A stretch of 64,000 nucleotides of DNA. It comes from a virus (Duplodnaviria > Heunggongvirae > Uroviricota > Caudoviricetes). The translations under genes were made by a program, and so were the position numbers. The stretch covers positions 1 through 64,000 of IMG/VR virus record IMGVR_UViG_3300028887_000068. One strand, given 5' to 3'. Positions within the stretch are counted from its first letter, which is position 1; each line of letters opens with the position of its first letter. Shown piece after piece: positions 56,625-64,000 of the stretch. The notes below the pieces were generated by a model that saw only the letters and a list, made by a program, of their open reading frames with translations, was not told the origin of the DNA and did not search any database.

Positions 56625-57995
56625 TTGATTATCGACTTTCTCTATGGGGTCGCTACTTCGGCGATCGGTAACATCACGAGACAGATCAATTTAGTGACAA
56701 AGAAGAAGGGGCCAGCTCCGGCTTCTATTAATCTTTCCATCGCCGCCAAACAGAGTATCGCAAGATTTCCTCTGTTGACCTCTGCTAGCATTTCTGAATC
56801 AGGCATCTTTAAAGCTCAGAACAAGATGGAATACATTGTAGGCTCGTTCATTCGACTCTACATTACGAACATCCGTTCCTTCATTGACGATGACGGTACG
56901 GCTAAGATCGACGTTCTTGCCGACATCACTGGTGACCGTTCTGGAGCAGGTGCTGGCAAGGTATCTGGCATCCTCGGAAAGCTTGCCGACTTCGCTAACA
57001 GTATCATGAATGTCGCCGGACGTGAATCCGTCGAAATGAATCCCAAGGATATTCAGGATCTCTTCATGGTTGAAGAAGAAGATGTTACTGCATTCCTCAA
57101 TATGCACAACCTCTTCGATAACTCCGTCCTTGAAGAAGGTGCTACTGGTTCTGTGGCTCCTGTGTCTGGCCCAGTTCAGGGAACTCCGGTTCTCAATCCG
57201 CTTCACTACGAAGATACCAAGACTCATGCAGCCAACTGTACTTGCTCTAAGTGTGTAGCTGCTCGTAAAGCCTCCAAGGGTGATAAGACGGCTCAGGAAA
57301 GCTTGACAGCGCGTAAGGAAGGTTCTGATTTCATTTCCGAACGCAAGGCTGCTTTAATTGAAAAGAAGTCTGATGAATCTGAACCAGTAATTGTGACTGG
57401 TACTCTTACAATTCTCGACTGCGATGGCAAGATCAGCGGTACTACTGATATCTCTGTCGGTGTCAAGTGCCCGATTCACATCTTCCCGTCTGAAGAATTC
57501 ATCAATACCATCATTAGTGGCTTCTCTGAAAACAACCTCTTTATCCGCTTGATGAAGTGGCGAGCTGGTGAAATTGGCTTCCTCGATGCCTTCCTCAATA
57601 AAGCAAAGGTTGATCTTTCCATCGTTGCAAATCATAAGTCCTTCAAGGGTCGTGCAAAGAATGTGAAAGAGATTCTTCAGGAAGACAAGTATTACCGTGA
57701 AAAGGTATACGGCAACGAAAAGGAAGGAGCCAACATCCTTGTTATCACTGACGAAGAAGTTCGTGAAGTCGAAAGACGCACTGGCAAGAACTTGCTCGAC
57801 TCTCCGGCTACGGCTGTCAGATTCTGCAAGAATCAGAAGCTCTTTGGTCTTATGATTTACGATGAAATCTCCGAATCCGGTAAGATGATCATCACCAACT
57901 TCAGCGACAAGTTTGAACATATCAGCTTCAAGGAAAAGGGTGCCAAGGGCACTGATGATGTTATCAAGAACATCTTTGGAGCTTTAAGGAGATAA
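56625..57995 (+). CDS. hypothetical protein (TTG start)
   Basis: 456-aa ORF. GGGGGT precedes the TTG. Confidence 0.55.
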   Translation: MIIDFLYGVATSAIGNITRQINLVTKKKGPAPASINLSIAAKQSIARFPLLTSASISESGIFKAQNKMEYIVGSFIRLYITNIRSFIDDDGTAKIDVLADITGDRSGAGAGKVSGILGKLADFANSIMNVAGRESVEMNPKDIQDLFMVEEEDVTAFLNMHNLFDNSVLEEGATGSVAPVSGPVQGTPVLNPLHYEDTKTHAANCTCSKCVAARKASKGDKTAQESLTARKEGSDFISERKAALIEKKSDESEPVIVTGTLTILDCDGKISGTTDISVGVKCPIHIFPSEEFINTIISGFSENNLFIRLMKWRAGEIGFLDAFLNKAKVDLSIVANHKSFKGRAKNVKEILQEDKYYREKVYGNEKEGANILVITDEEVREVERRTGKNLLDSPATAVRFCKNQKLFGLMIYDEISESGKMIITNFSDKFEHISFKEKGAKGTDDVIKNIFGALRR

Positions 57996-57997
57996 TC

Positions 57998-59029
57998 ATG
58001 CAAAGTTTTTATGGTTCGTTTAAGAAAGGTTTGAAGGCTACCTCGGATCTTGCTAAGAACGCGATCGATAAGACAGCTTCTAAGATCCGTAGCAACAGCT
58101 TCTGTATCATCGCCAAGATTATGAAGACCGATGTTGAATACGTCCGTATGCAACAGAGAATGTCCTCGGCAATCTGGGGCGGTGGAATGGGCGATGGAGA
58201 CTTCAAGAAAGCCAAGAACTTCATGGTTTCCTACAATCTCCTTAAGACAATGGAAAAGAAAGTCTCTGGTCAAGACAGAAAGCTTCTCGTTCCGTTGATC
58301 AATTTCCGTAACAAGATTGATTCCAATGCAACAGCTATCAAGAAAGCCTGTGTTGGCAGTGCCGAAACGACAGATATCTTTAATTCCATGATTGGTATTT
58401 GGGTATGGCTCGTCGGTATGGTTGCAGCATCCGGTCTTCGCTTTGACTCCAACAAGAAAGTCTGTTGGGCTGCCAATAAGAAGACAATGCACTTCCTTTG
58501 GGAAGCCAACAACCTTGAGAAATCTGCGAAGTTCTCCAAGTTCGTTGAAGCACGAATCAGAGAATTCGATAATAAGATCGTCAAGGCTAATGCTATCGAT
58601 AAGATGCTCAATGGCTCTGCTGCTAATGAAGCCATCATTCCGGTAGCGATTGCAGCTGTCATTGCTACACCTGTGATCATTTACGGTATCTACGAGCTCA
58701 TTCAGTTCGTCTACTTTACCTTCCGTCATATTCGCATGGAACTCAGTGAATTCATTGAGCTGCAGAGCGAGTATCTTCAGGCGGAAAGCGGTGCTTCGGA
58801 TTCTAAGTCCGTAGCTTCCAACCTCTCTGAAATCTCTAAGAAGGTTCAGAACATCGCCTTCACCATTGGCGAAGACTATGACGCACTGGAAAAGAAAGTG
58901 ACGAAGCAGAGCGAGAGTATGCGTAAGCAGGTCGAAAAGGAAGTCAAGACTTCTAACGATATGGAAAGAGAAACCAATGATGTTTCCGCTTCCAAGATCG
59001 AAACTTCCAGCAACGATCTCTTGTTCTAA
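57998..59029 (+). CDS. hypothetical protein with TM helix and coiled coils
   Basis: 343 aa. The start follows the previous stop by 3 nt. TM segment IIPVAIAAVIATPVIIYGIY. Confidence 0.6.
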   Translation: MQSFYGSFKKGLKATSDLAKNAIDKTASKIRSNSFCIIAKIMKTDVEYVRMQQRMSSAIWGGGMGDGDFKKAKNFMVSYNLLKTMEKKVSGQDRKLLVPLINFRNKIDSNATAIKKACVGSAETTDIFNSMIGIWVWLVGMVAASGLRFDSNKKVCWAANKKTMHFLWEANNLEKSAKFSKFVEARIREFDNKIVKANAIDKMLNGSAANEAIIPVAIAAVIATPVIIYGIYELIQFVYFTFRHIRMELSEFIELQSEYLQAESGASDSKSVASNLSEISKKVQNIAFTIGEDYDALEKKVTKQSESMRKQVEKEVKTSNDMERETNDVSASKIETSSNDLLF

Positions 59030-59113
59030 CTTAAGAATAACATCTAGGCCATACCCTAGATGTTATTTTATTTGCAAACTTACCATTGAATAAACTTACT
59101 AGAAGGTGTGCAT

Positions 59114-59929
59114 ATGCTGTCTAAATTCGCTGAAAAGATTTTGTCTGATCTTAAAAACGAAGTTGCCGAAACAGAAAAGACTTGGAAGGCATTGAGAGTA
59201 CAGACTAACCCGATGGAATCTAGAGAAGTAGAACCATTCCTCAATGCAAAAAAGAAACTCTATGCAAATGCCATTGCACATTACAGTGCTATGCAGTTAG
59301 ACGGCATTTCCGAAACTGTTGCCGATGCCTATAAGACCCTCAGAAACCTTGAAAGGGTTAAGGTTGACGCTAATGTTGACTTGGCACAGGAATCCGCCTT
59401 CTTTATCTTCAACCCGAAAGCTGCAAGAGAAACTCTTCAGAAAGCCGAAGCCGAAATTGCCCAGATCCGTTCCGATCTCGCTATCGTAAAGGAATTCGTG
59501 GCTCCGATCGGTGCTATGACCGAAGCTAAGGCTGCTAACTGCCATCGTGCTTTGAAGTCTCTGGAAAGCCGTATCGCTAGCGAAAACTACGGATTCGGTA
59601 ATAACTCCTTCAAGCTCACTCAGCAAAATACTACCAAGGGCAATGCCCTAGCATCTTCCGATAACATGGTCAAATTCGGTGTCCAGTTTGCCATGTCCAA
59701 TGCCAAGAACGCTTCTACACTTGACTTCCTTGGCAAGATGCTTGAAAAGCTTGCTGCTACCTCTGATTACACTTCATTGTCTATCACAGCAAGAGAAGCT
59801 TTTGACCGTACCATTAAGGTATTGGAACACGCTCCTAAGATGATTTCGGCATATGCTGATACAGTCAACCGCTGTGTTAATAGCATTAACGAATCTAATC
59901 AGGAAATTGGGTTCTACATCAACCTGTAA
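59114..59929 (+). CDS. hypothetical alpha-helical protein
   Basis: AAGGTG lies 5 nt upstream of the ATG at 59114. Confidence 0.55.
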   Translation: MLSKFAEKILSDLKNEVAETEKTWKALRVQTNPMESREVEPFLNAKKKLYANAIAHYSAMQLDGISETVADAYKTLRNLERVKVDANVDLAQESAFFIFNPKAARETLQKAEAEIAQIRSDLAIVKEFVAPIGAMTEAKAANCHRALKSLESRIASENYGFGNNSFKLTQQNTTKGNALASSDNMVKFGVQFAMSNAKNASTLDFLGKMLEKLAATSDYTSLSITAREAFDRTIKVLEHAPKMISAYADTVNRCVNSINESNQEIGFYINL

Positions 59930-59933
59930 AATT

Positions 59934-59962
59934 ATACGCTATGGAAACATAGCGTAAATTTT
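59934..59962 (+). terminator. terminator
   Basis: acgctatggaaacatagcgt hairpin followed by aaatttta. Confidence 0.5.
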
Positions 59963-59970
59963 ATACTCCT

Positions 59971-59985
59971 GATAGTATATGAATT
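59971..59985 (+). promoter_or_regulatory. promoter-like motif (variant GTATATGA) sharing a 13-mer with 32716
   Basis: cctgatagtatat is shared with the candidate ncRNA promoter. It lies about 53 nt upstream of the ATG at 60029. Confidence 0.4.
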
Positions 59986-60028
59986 GATGATCTAATAATA
60001 CAATTAGACTAATCATAAGGAGATAATT

Positions 60029-60070
60029 ATGTTTTCTTGGAAAGACATCTTCTATTTGTTCTTCCTTTAG
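60029..60070 (+). CDS. 13-aa hydrophobic/aromatic mini-ORF (MFSWKDIFYLFFL)
   Basis: AAGGAGAT lies 7 nt upstream of the ATG. It is followed by two hairpins and a terminator. No downstream plus-strand gene. Confidence 0.25.
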   Translation: MFSWKDIFYLFFL

Positions 60071-60123
60071 GAAGCGGACGGCGGAATAACAGCTGAATTC
60101 CGCCTCCTGGGAATAATAAGAAC

Positions 60124-60160
60124 CCCCTGACGAGTGTCAGGGGGCTTCTTTTTTTTTTAT
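60124..60160. terminator. bidirectional terminator
   Basis: ccccctgacgagtgtcagggggc hairpin followed by a T10 run. It overlaps the 3' end of minus-strand gene 60157-61539. Confidence 0.7.
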
Positions 60161-61539
60161 CTAATCTTGTAGAGTACCACAGTAGTAGAACATGCTGCCA
60201 TGAAGCTTCTAAAGGTCTTTTCATCGGAATTGGATTCTGTTTCAGGATCTGTTCCGATATCCTTTTCTGAAGCTTGGAAGACAGTTAAATTTCTTGCTAT
60301 GCGATACTGTCCTTTATAGTCAAGAGCAGTCTCGTTTACGGCTCTAAGATTGACCAAGAGCTTCGGGGTGAATTCTTCAAAGATGGTTCCTGGTATAACC
60401 ATTTCTATGACTTCACTACTTTCACTAATGCTAAGCTCAATTTTTTTATCAGCAAACTTTGAGCTAGAATTCAACCAGCAATAAGACTGTCTGTCAAAGA
60501 GCTTGTCGCTCTCAATTCCTGCTCCACCTGCCGGACTAAAGGAAGCATCTCTAGAAGCTATAGTGATATCTTTACCAGTATTGAGCTTGTTGAAGATATC
60601 ATTGATATGAATGGCAGGATTCAAGCCATAAAAGATTTCTAGCTTCTTTTCCTCTTCATTCACGTATGTACAGCCCAAAGACCCCTTCTCGGTAGGCTCA
60701 TTATTCTGGAATAGACAAACATCTATCTCTGTCATTGCTGACTTAGGATTGACATTTGGTTTAATCTTACTCAGAATGATAAGATCATCAACATTCGAGA
60801 ATACAGTAACACCATGAGAATAGATTCCATAGGTGTCATCGAGGTACTCGATTGTGGAGAAGATGTTAGAAGCCGGGACAAATACCTGCTCATAAGTATC
60901 TGTGTTATCTGGCAACTGAGCACTTACCTTTCCCTTCGGACAGACCTTGCCAACAAGGAATTCAAGCACATCAGCCATCTTTGCATCATTAAAGATGAAA
61001 TTATTGATTGTCTTGTATACCTCTAGCGTGGCAGTGGAAATCAGAGTGAGCCTTACCGGGATGGCAGCTCTGTTCATGTCTTCATCAGCGGGATTCTTGT
61101 CAATAGTATCTTTCGGAATAATGCCGGAGCTGATATCAGAAATCTTGAAAGCCTTTTTGCTCCAGATCTCTTCAATCTTTCCAAATTTCTTCAGTTCTTT
61201 TCTGTAGGATCTTGTAATGGTAATACGAATAGTCGCCTTGCGGTAGTCATCCTGCATATTCTTAAAGTCAACATCAGATACAAAGCATTCAAGAATAATA
61301 TCAGGGAACATTGCGGTATCAAACTTTGAAAAGATACTCAGCTTCATAAATCCCTTAGAGAGATTCGGTTTCTTCGCATCATCAAGAGATGACTCGTATT
61401 CCACCTGAACTGAAAAGAGATACTCCTTACAGTTAGCTATCTTCTCTGGGATTGGATTTCTCTTCTGCTCTTCGGAGATTCCTCTAAGAGAAGCGTTCTT
61501 TATTGAAGTCGAGTTTTTCTTTTCAAAGTAGTTACCCAT
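60157..61539 (-). CDS. hypothetical protein
   Basis: 460-aa ORF. Confidence 0.6.
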   Translation of the reverse strand: MGNYFEKKNSTSIKNASLRGISEEQKRNPIPEKIANCKEYLFSVQVEYESSLDDAKKPNLSKGFMKLSIFSKFDTAMFPDIILECFVSDVDFKNMQDDYRKATIRITITRSYRKELKKFGKIEEIWSKKAFKISDISSGIIPKDTIDKNPADEDMNRAAIPVRLTLISTATLEVYKTINNFIFNDAKMADVLEFLVGKVCPKGKVSAQLPDNTDTYEQVFVPASNIFSTIEYLDDTYGIYSHGVTVFSNVDDLIILSKIKPNVNPKSAMTEIDVCLFQNNEPTEKGSLGCTYVNEEEKKLEIFYGLNPAIHINDIFNKLNTGKDITIASRDASFSPAGGAGIESDKLFDRQSYCWLNSSSKFADKKIELSISESSEVIEMVIPGTIFEEFTPKLLVNLRAVNETALDYKGQYRIARNLTVFQASEKDIGTDPETESNSDEKTFRSFMAACSTTVVLYKIR

Positions 61540-61547
61540 ATTTTACC

Positions 61548-62465
61548 CTATCCGAGTACCCTCGTGTCGATTGGGAACAGGAAGAAGTACTCATGGTTTA
61601 AGCGTTCGAGACTTTCCGTATCAAAGAGGTTGACAAACTGCGAACAGATGTTAACCTTGTATTCCGGATTCGGCTTGTAGAAGTTACGGAAAGACAGAGC
61701 CTGAAGATTCTTCTTGAAGATGTCATACTTTTCTTCGGGGAAGTATTCCTTCAAGTATACTTCAAGAGGTTCATTTCTGTTGAAGGCAGTCTCACCGATC
61801 TGGCGAATCTTAACTGGGCCAAGACCCTTAATTCCTTCAAGCTCATTGCACCCAACGAGAGCAAGATACTCTTCCGGTTTGGAGAATACTTCCATCACAT
61901 TCGCAAGAGAGTCTCTGTCCATGATGTGCGTATGCTTCCCGTGCATGGAGATACCGATGATATTCGCCATAGACTTGCAGATAGAAAGCATATCGGCAAT
62001 ATTGGCAAGACCCAAGATGAAGCAATCATCCTGACCAAACTTCACAGAAGTCATCAAGGTCTGGAGAGCAAATCTCGGGTGCATGTCTCCAAGGTCGATA
62101 GCATAAACGCCATTGATGTATTTACAGATCTCTTTGAGTTTCTCTGCTTCCTTATTCACGTATTCTTCGACTTCAGGAATCTCGCATACATCGCCCTTAA
62201 AACCGACGAGGATGATCTCAGGTGTGATATTGTAGTATCTCTGGAGAAAACGCTTATAGTAAGAAGCGAACCCGAGATATGCGGAACAGAGTTCGTTTTC
62301 CCTCAATTCAACCTTATCCGGATATTGCTCTTCAATGTTGGCAATCATTCGGTAGAAGTTAAGCACCACACGGACAGTACCGCCGATACGGGCTTCCCTT
62401 GTGAGGTTGAACAAGTCTTCGTGACGAATCTTGTAGAGGGTTGCGATTTGAGTGATGGTTTCCAT
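61548..62465 (-). CDS. FEN / 5'-3' exonuclease-like protein (divergent)
   Basis: H3TH-like motif LEGIKGLGPVKIRQIGETAF, and GQDDCFILGLANIADM resembling the FEN EADDVLASLA region. Several canonical acidic residues are substituted (GCNELE for GDESDN). Confidence 0.45.
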   Translation of the reverse strand: METITQIATLYKIRHEDLFNLTREARIGGTVRVVLNFYRMIANIEEQYPDKVELRENELCSAYLGFASYYKRFLQRYYNITPEIILVGFKGDVCEIPEVEEYVNKEAEKLKEICKYINGVYAIDLGDMHPRFALQTLMTSVKFGQDDCFILGLANIADMLSICKSMANIIGISMHGKHTHIMDRDSLANVMEVFSKPEEYLALVGCNELEGIKGLGPVKIRQIGETAFNRNEPLEVYLKEYFPEEKYDIFKKNLQALSFRNFYKPNPEYKVNICSQFVNLFDTESLERLNHEYFFLFPIDTRVLG

Positions 62466-62473
62466 TTTTACTC

Positions 62474-63211
62474 CTATTGGTTAATAGCTTGCTTAATAGT
62501 TTCGCCAAGCTCTGTGTAATCTTTGTCATAAACCTTAACGAAGGCAAGATTTCTCTTGCTCATGGCAAAATCCTTCGCCTTTTCGATGTCAAGATCCCTA
62601 GCACGGTAATGCTTATTCTCGGCGCTCTTTACTTCGATAACGATCTTCAGATTGCCGATGTAGACATCAGGGATATAGAAATGCTCTTTGTCGTCTCTAG
62701 GAGACTTATAACTCACTACAAACGGTGCAGGAGCAAAGACTTCTGCTGATGGAATTCCAAGTTCATCGAGGAATCTCAGGCAGTCTTCTTCGTAGCTTCC
62801 TGTATAGGTGAACTCTCTGCTTCCGTCAGACCAGACATACTTGCCAGATATCTTTCGATTGGCTAGCATCTTCTTTTGGACTTCAGGATCATCGAGCAAA
62901 GTAGCTCTGCCGTAAGTCTTCATCATACGATCGACGAACATCTTTCTATACTGCTGTCTCTCTGTGTTGTCAGCGAGACGCTCATATTTTCCAGTTGTTT
63001 CGTTCCACTTAGTCGGCTTGCCGGACAAAATAGACTTACCGAATCTACGGAACGGATCAAGACGATTACGAATATTGAAGATATACTGCTTTGCGGTGAT
63101 GTGCTTTCCTGCCAGTACCGCACTATGAACCTTCTCAAAGTGTTCTGCACAGCTATCCCAAGAGATAAAAGCTTTCTTACAAATAGGACAAGGGCATTTA
63201 GGTACGGACAT
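62474..63211 (-). CDS. C2H2 zinc-finger + PD-(D/E)xK nuclease-fold protein
   Basis: Start at MSVPK (ATG 63211, after TAGGAG). N-terminal CPCPICKKAF...HFEKVH. C-terminal IPDVYIGNLKIVIEVK (PD...ExK). Confidence 0.5.
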   Translation of the reverse strand: MSVPKCPCPICKKAFISWDSCAEHFEKVHSAVLAGKHITAKQYIFNIRNRLDPFRRFGKSILSGKPTKWNETTGKYERLADNTERQQYRKMFVDRMMKTYGRATLLDDPEVQKKMLANRKISGKYVWSDGSREFTYTGSYEEDCLRFLDELGIPSAEVFAPAPFVVSYKSPRDDKEHFYIPDVYIGNLKIVIEVKSAENKHYRARDLDIEKAKDFAMSKRNLAFVKVYDKDYTELGETIKQAINQ

Positions 63212-63291
63212 AGTAGCTCCTATAAATTTCAATCTAAAGTTTTTGCCATATAAGAAATACAACCTCTTGCGAAGTTGTATTTCTAATAAGA

Positions 63292-63969
63292 CTAAGGCGT
63301 TCCACCTTCATTACGGATTTCTGCTTCTTTCGCTGCAATGTCACGGTTGAGGTTTGCTTCTTGTTGGTCAAGATCATCACCAGAGTTATCCGTGCCACTA
63401 CTCTTATACTCGAATGCTCGTGTTCCCACGCTAGTAGATTGGAATTTTGCTTCTTTTTCTTTTTCTATTATATTACCCACAGAAATATCTGAGGCGTAGC
63501 CCTTCATAAATGTGCTGTAGGTATTAGCACCGATCGGGTCATCCGAAGAGTTGAACGTAGCAAAGTCCTTAGCAGAATCGAATGTGAGGACATACTTGTA
63601 TGGTCTAAGTAACGGTGTATTGTGATTGAATGAATTACCGTTCTTAACACCCTTAGTAAGAGTCAGATCAACATACTGGACAAGAGCTCTGTTTTCAGAT
63701 ACAGTAGCACCTCCCAAGAGGTTTACGTCAGCGTTGATAGACGGGTTCTTGCATTCAGTAATACTTCCAAGAGCAAAGTAGTTGCCGACAGAAGAATCAC
63801 TGTTTTCGCTGCTTCTTGGTCTGCCATACATTCCTGCTCCTCTCATGACGAAATTGAAGTCTTGGAGGACAGCGAGACTGTTCCATTCATGCCACTGGCT
63901 CTTGAAGTTAACACTAAACTCCGGAAGATCAGAAGATCCGACGCTCATGTTAATGGTACTGAATGGCAC
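63292..63969 (-). CDS. hypothetical protein (N-terminus may extend beyond the listed ATG)
   Basis: 225-aa-plus ORF, rich in S/N/G/T with a KE-rich C-terminus. Confidence 0.5.
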   Translation of the reverse strand: MPFSTINMSVGSSDLPEFSVNFKSQWHEWNSLAVLQDFNFVMRGAGMYGRPRSSENSDSSVGNYFALGSITECKNPSINADVNLLGGATVSENRALVQYVDLTLTKGVKNGNSFNHNTPLLRPYKYVLTFDSAKDFATFNSSDDPIGANTYSTFMKGYASDISVGNIIEKEKEAKFQSTSVGTRAFEYKSSGTDNSGDDLDQQEANLNRDIAAKEAEIRNEGGTP

Positions 63970-64000
63970 ACTCGTAGGATAGATGCCAGTATATCTTCCC

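Noticed and set aside
1-64000. CRISPR arrays, integrase, transposase or IS elements, and tRNA genes
   Set aside because: No spaced direct repeats, no tyrosine or serine recombinase or DDE motifs, and no cloverleaf-compatible T-loop sequences were seen anywhere in the window.

Overview
This window reads as part of a large virulent dsDNA phage genome. The evidence is dense, compact ORFs with translationally coupled ATGA/TAATG overlaps, strong Shine-Dalgarno sites (AAGGAG), many hairpin plus T-run terminators, and an anaerobic class III RNR. The host is probably an anaerobic Firmicutes-like bacterium. I found no tRNA genes, CRISPR arrays, integrases or transposases.

Layout:
- 1-8.4 kb: plus-strand early-type hypothetical genes, led by a flotillin-like SPFH protein that is partial at the 5' edge.
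- 8.4-28.4 kb: a minus-strand accessory block.
  - A complete Preiss-Handler NAD+ regeneration operon (pncB, NMNAT-Nudix fusion, pncA, nadE), preceded by two tiny membrane peptides.
  - A tandem array of about 22 paralogous small genes sharing N-terminal (hydrophobic-x-x-S/M-L/M-G-F/Y) and C-terminal (F/Y-G-x-hydrophobic-E) motifs.
  - A second family of 4 paralogs, and a histidine phosphatase.
- 28.4-47.5 kb: large unknown proteins mixed with enzymes.
  - nrdD is here.
  - A roughly 540-nt ORF-free, GC-enriched promoter-to-terminator unit is a candidate large structured ncRNA.
  - An 850-aa protein with an acidic tail.
  - An FtsH-like AAA+/HEXXH protease in an operon with a patatin-like phospholipase.
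  - A 2H phosphoesterase.
- 47.5-64 kb: two giant proteins (a 1438-aa beta-rich fiber-like protein and a 1526-1547-aa protein with RNAP-beta-like hybrid-barrel motifs), further structural-looking proteins, a FEN-like protein, and a Zn-finger plus PD-(D/E)xK nuclease.

A recurrent motif (T)TGTATATTA(AAG) lies 38-53 nt upstream of at least 8 plus-strand start codons and probably marks a phage promoter class.
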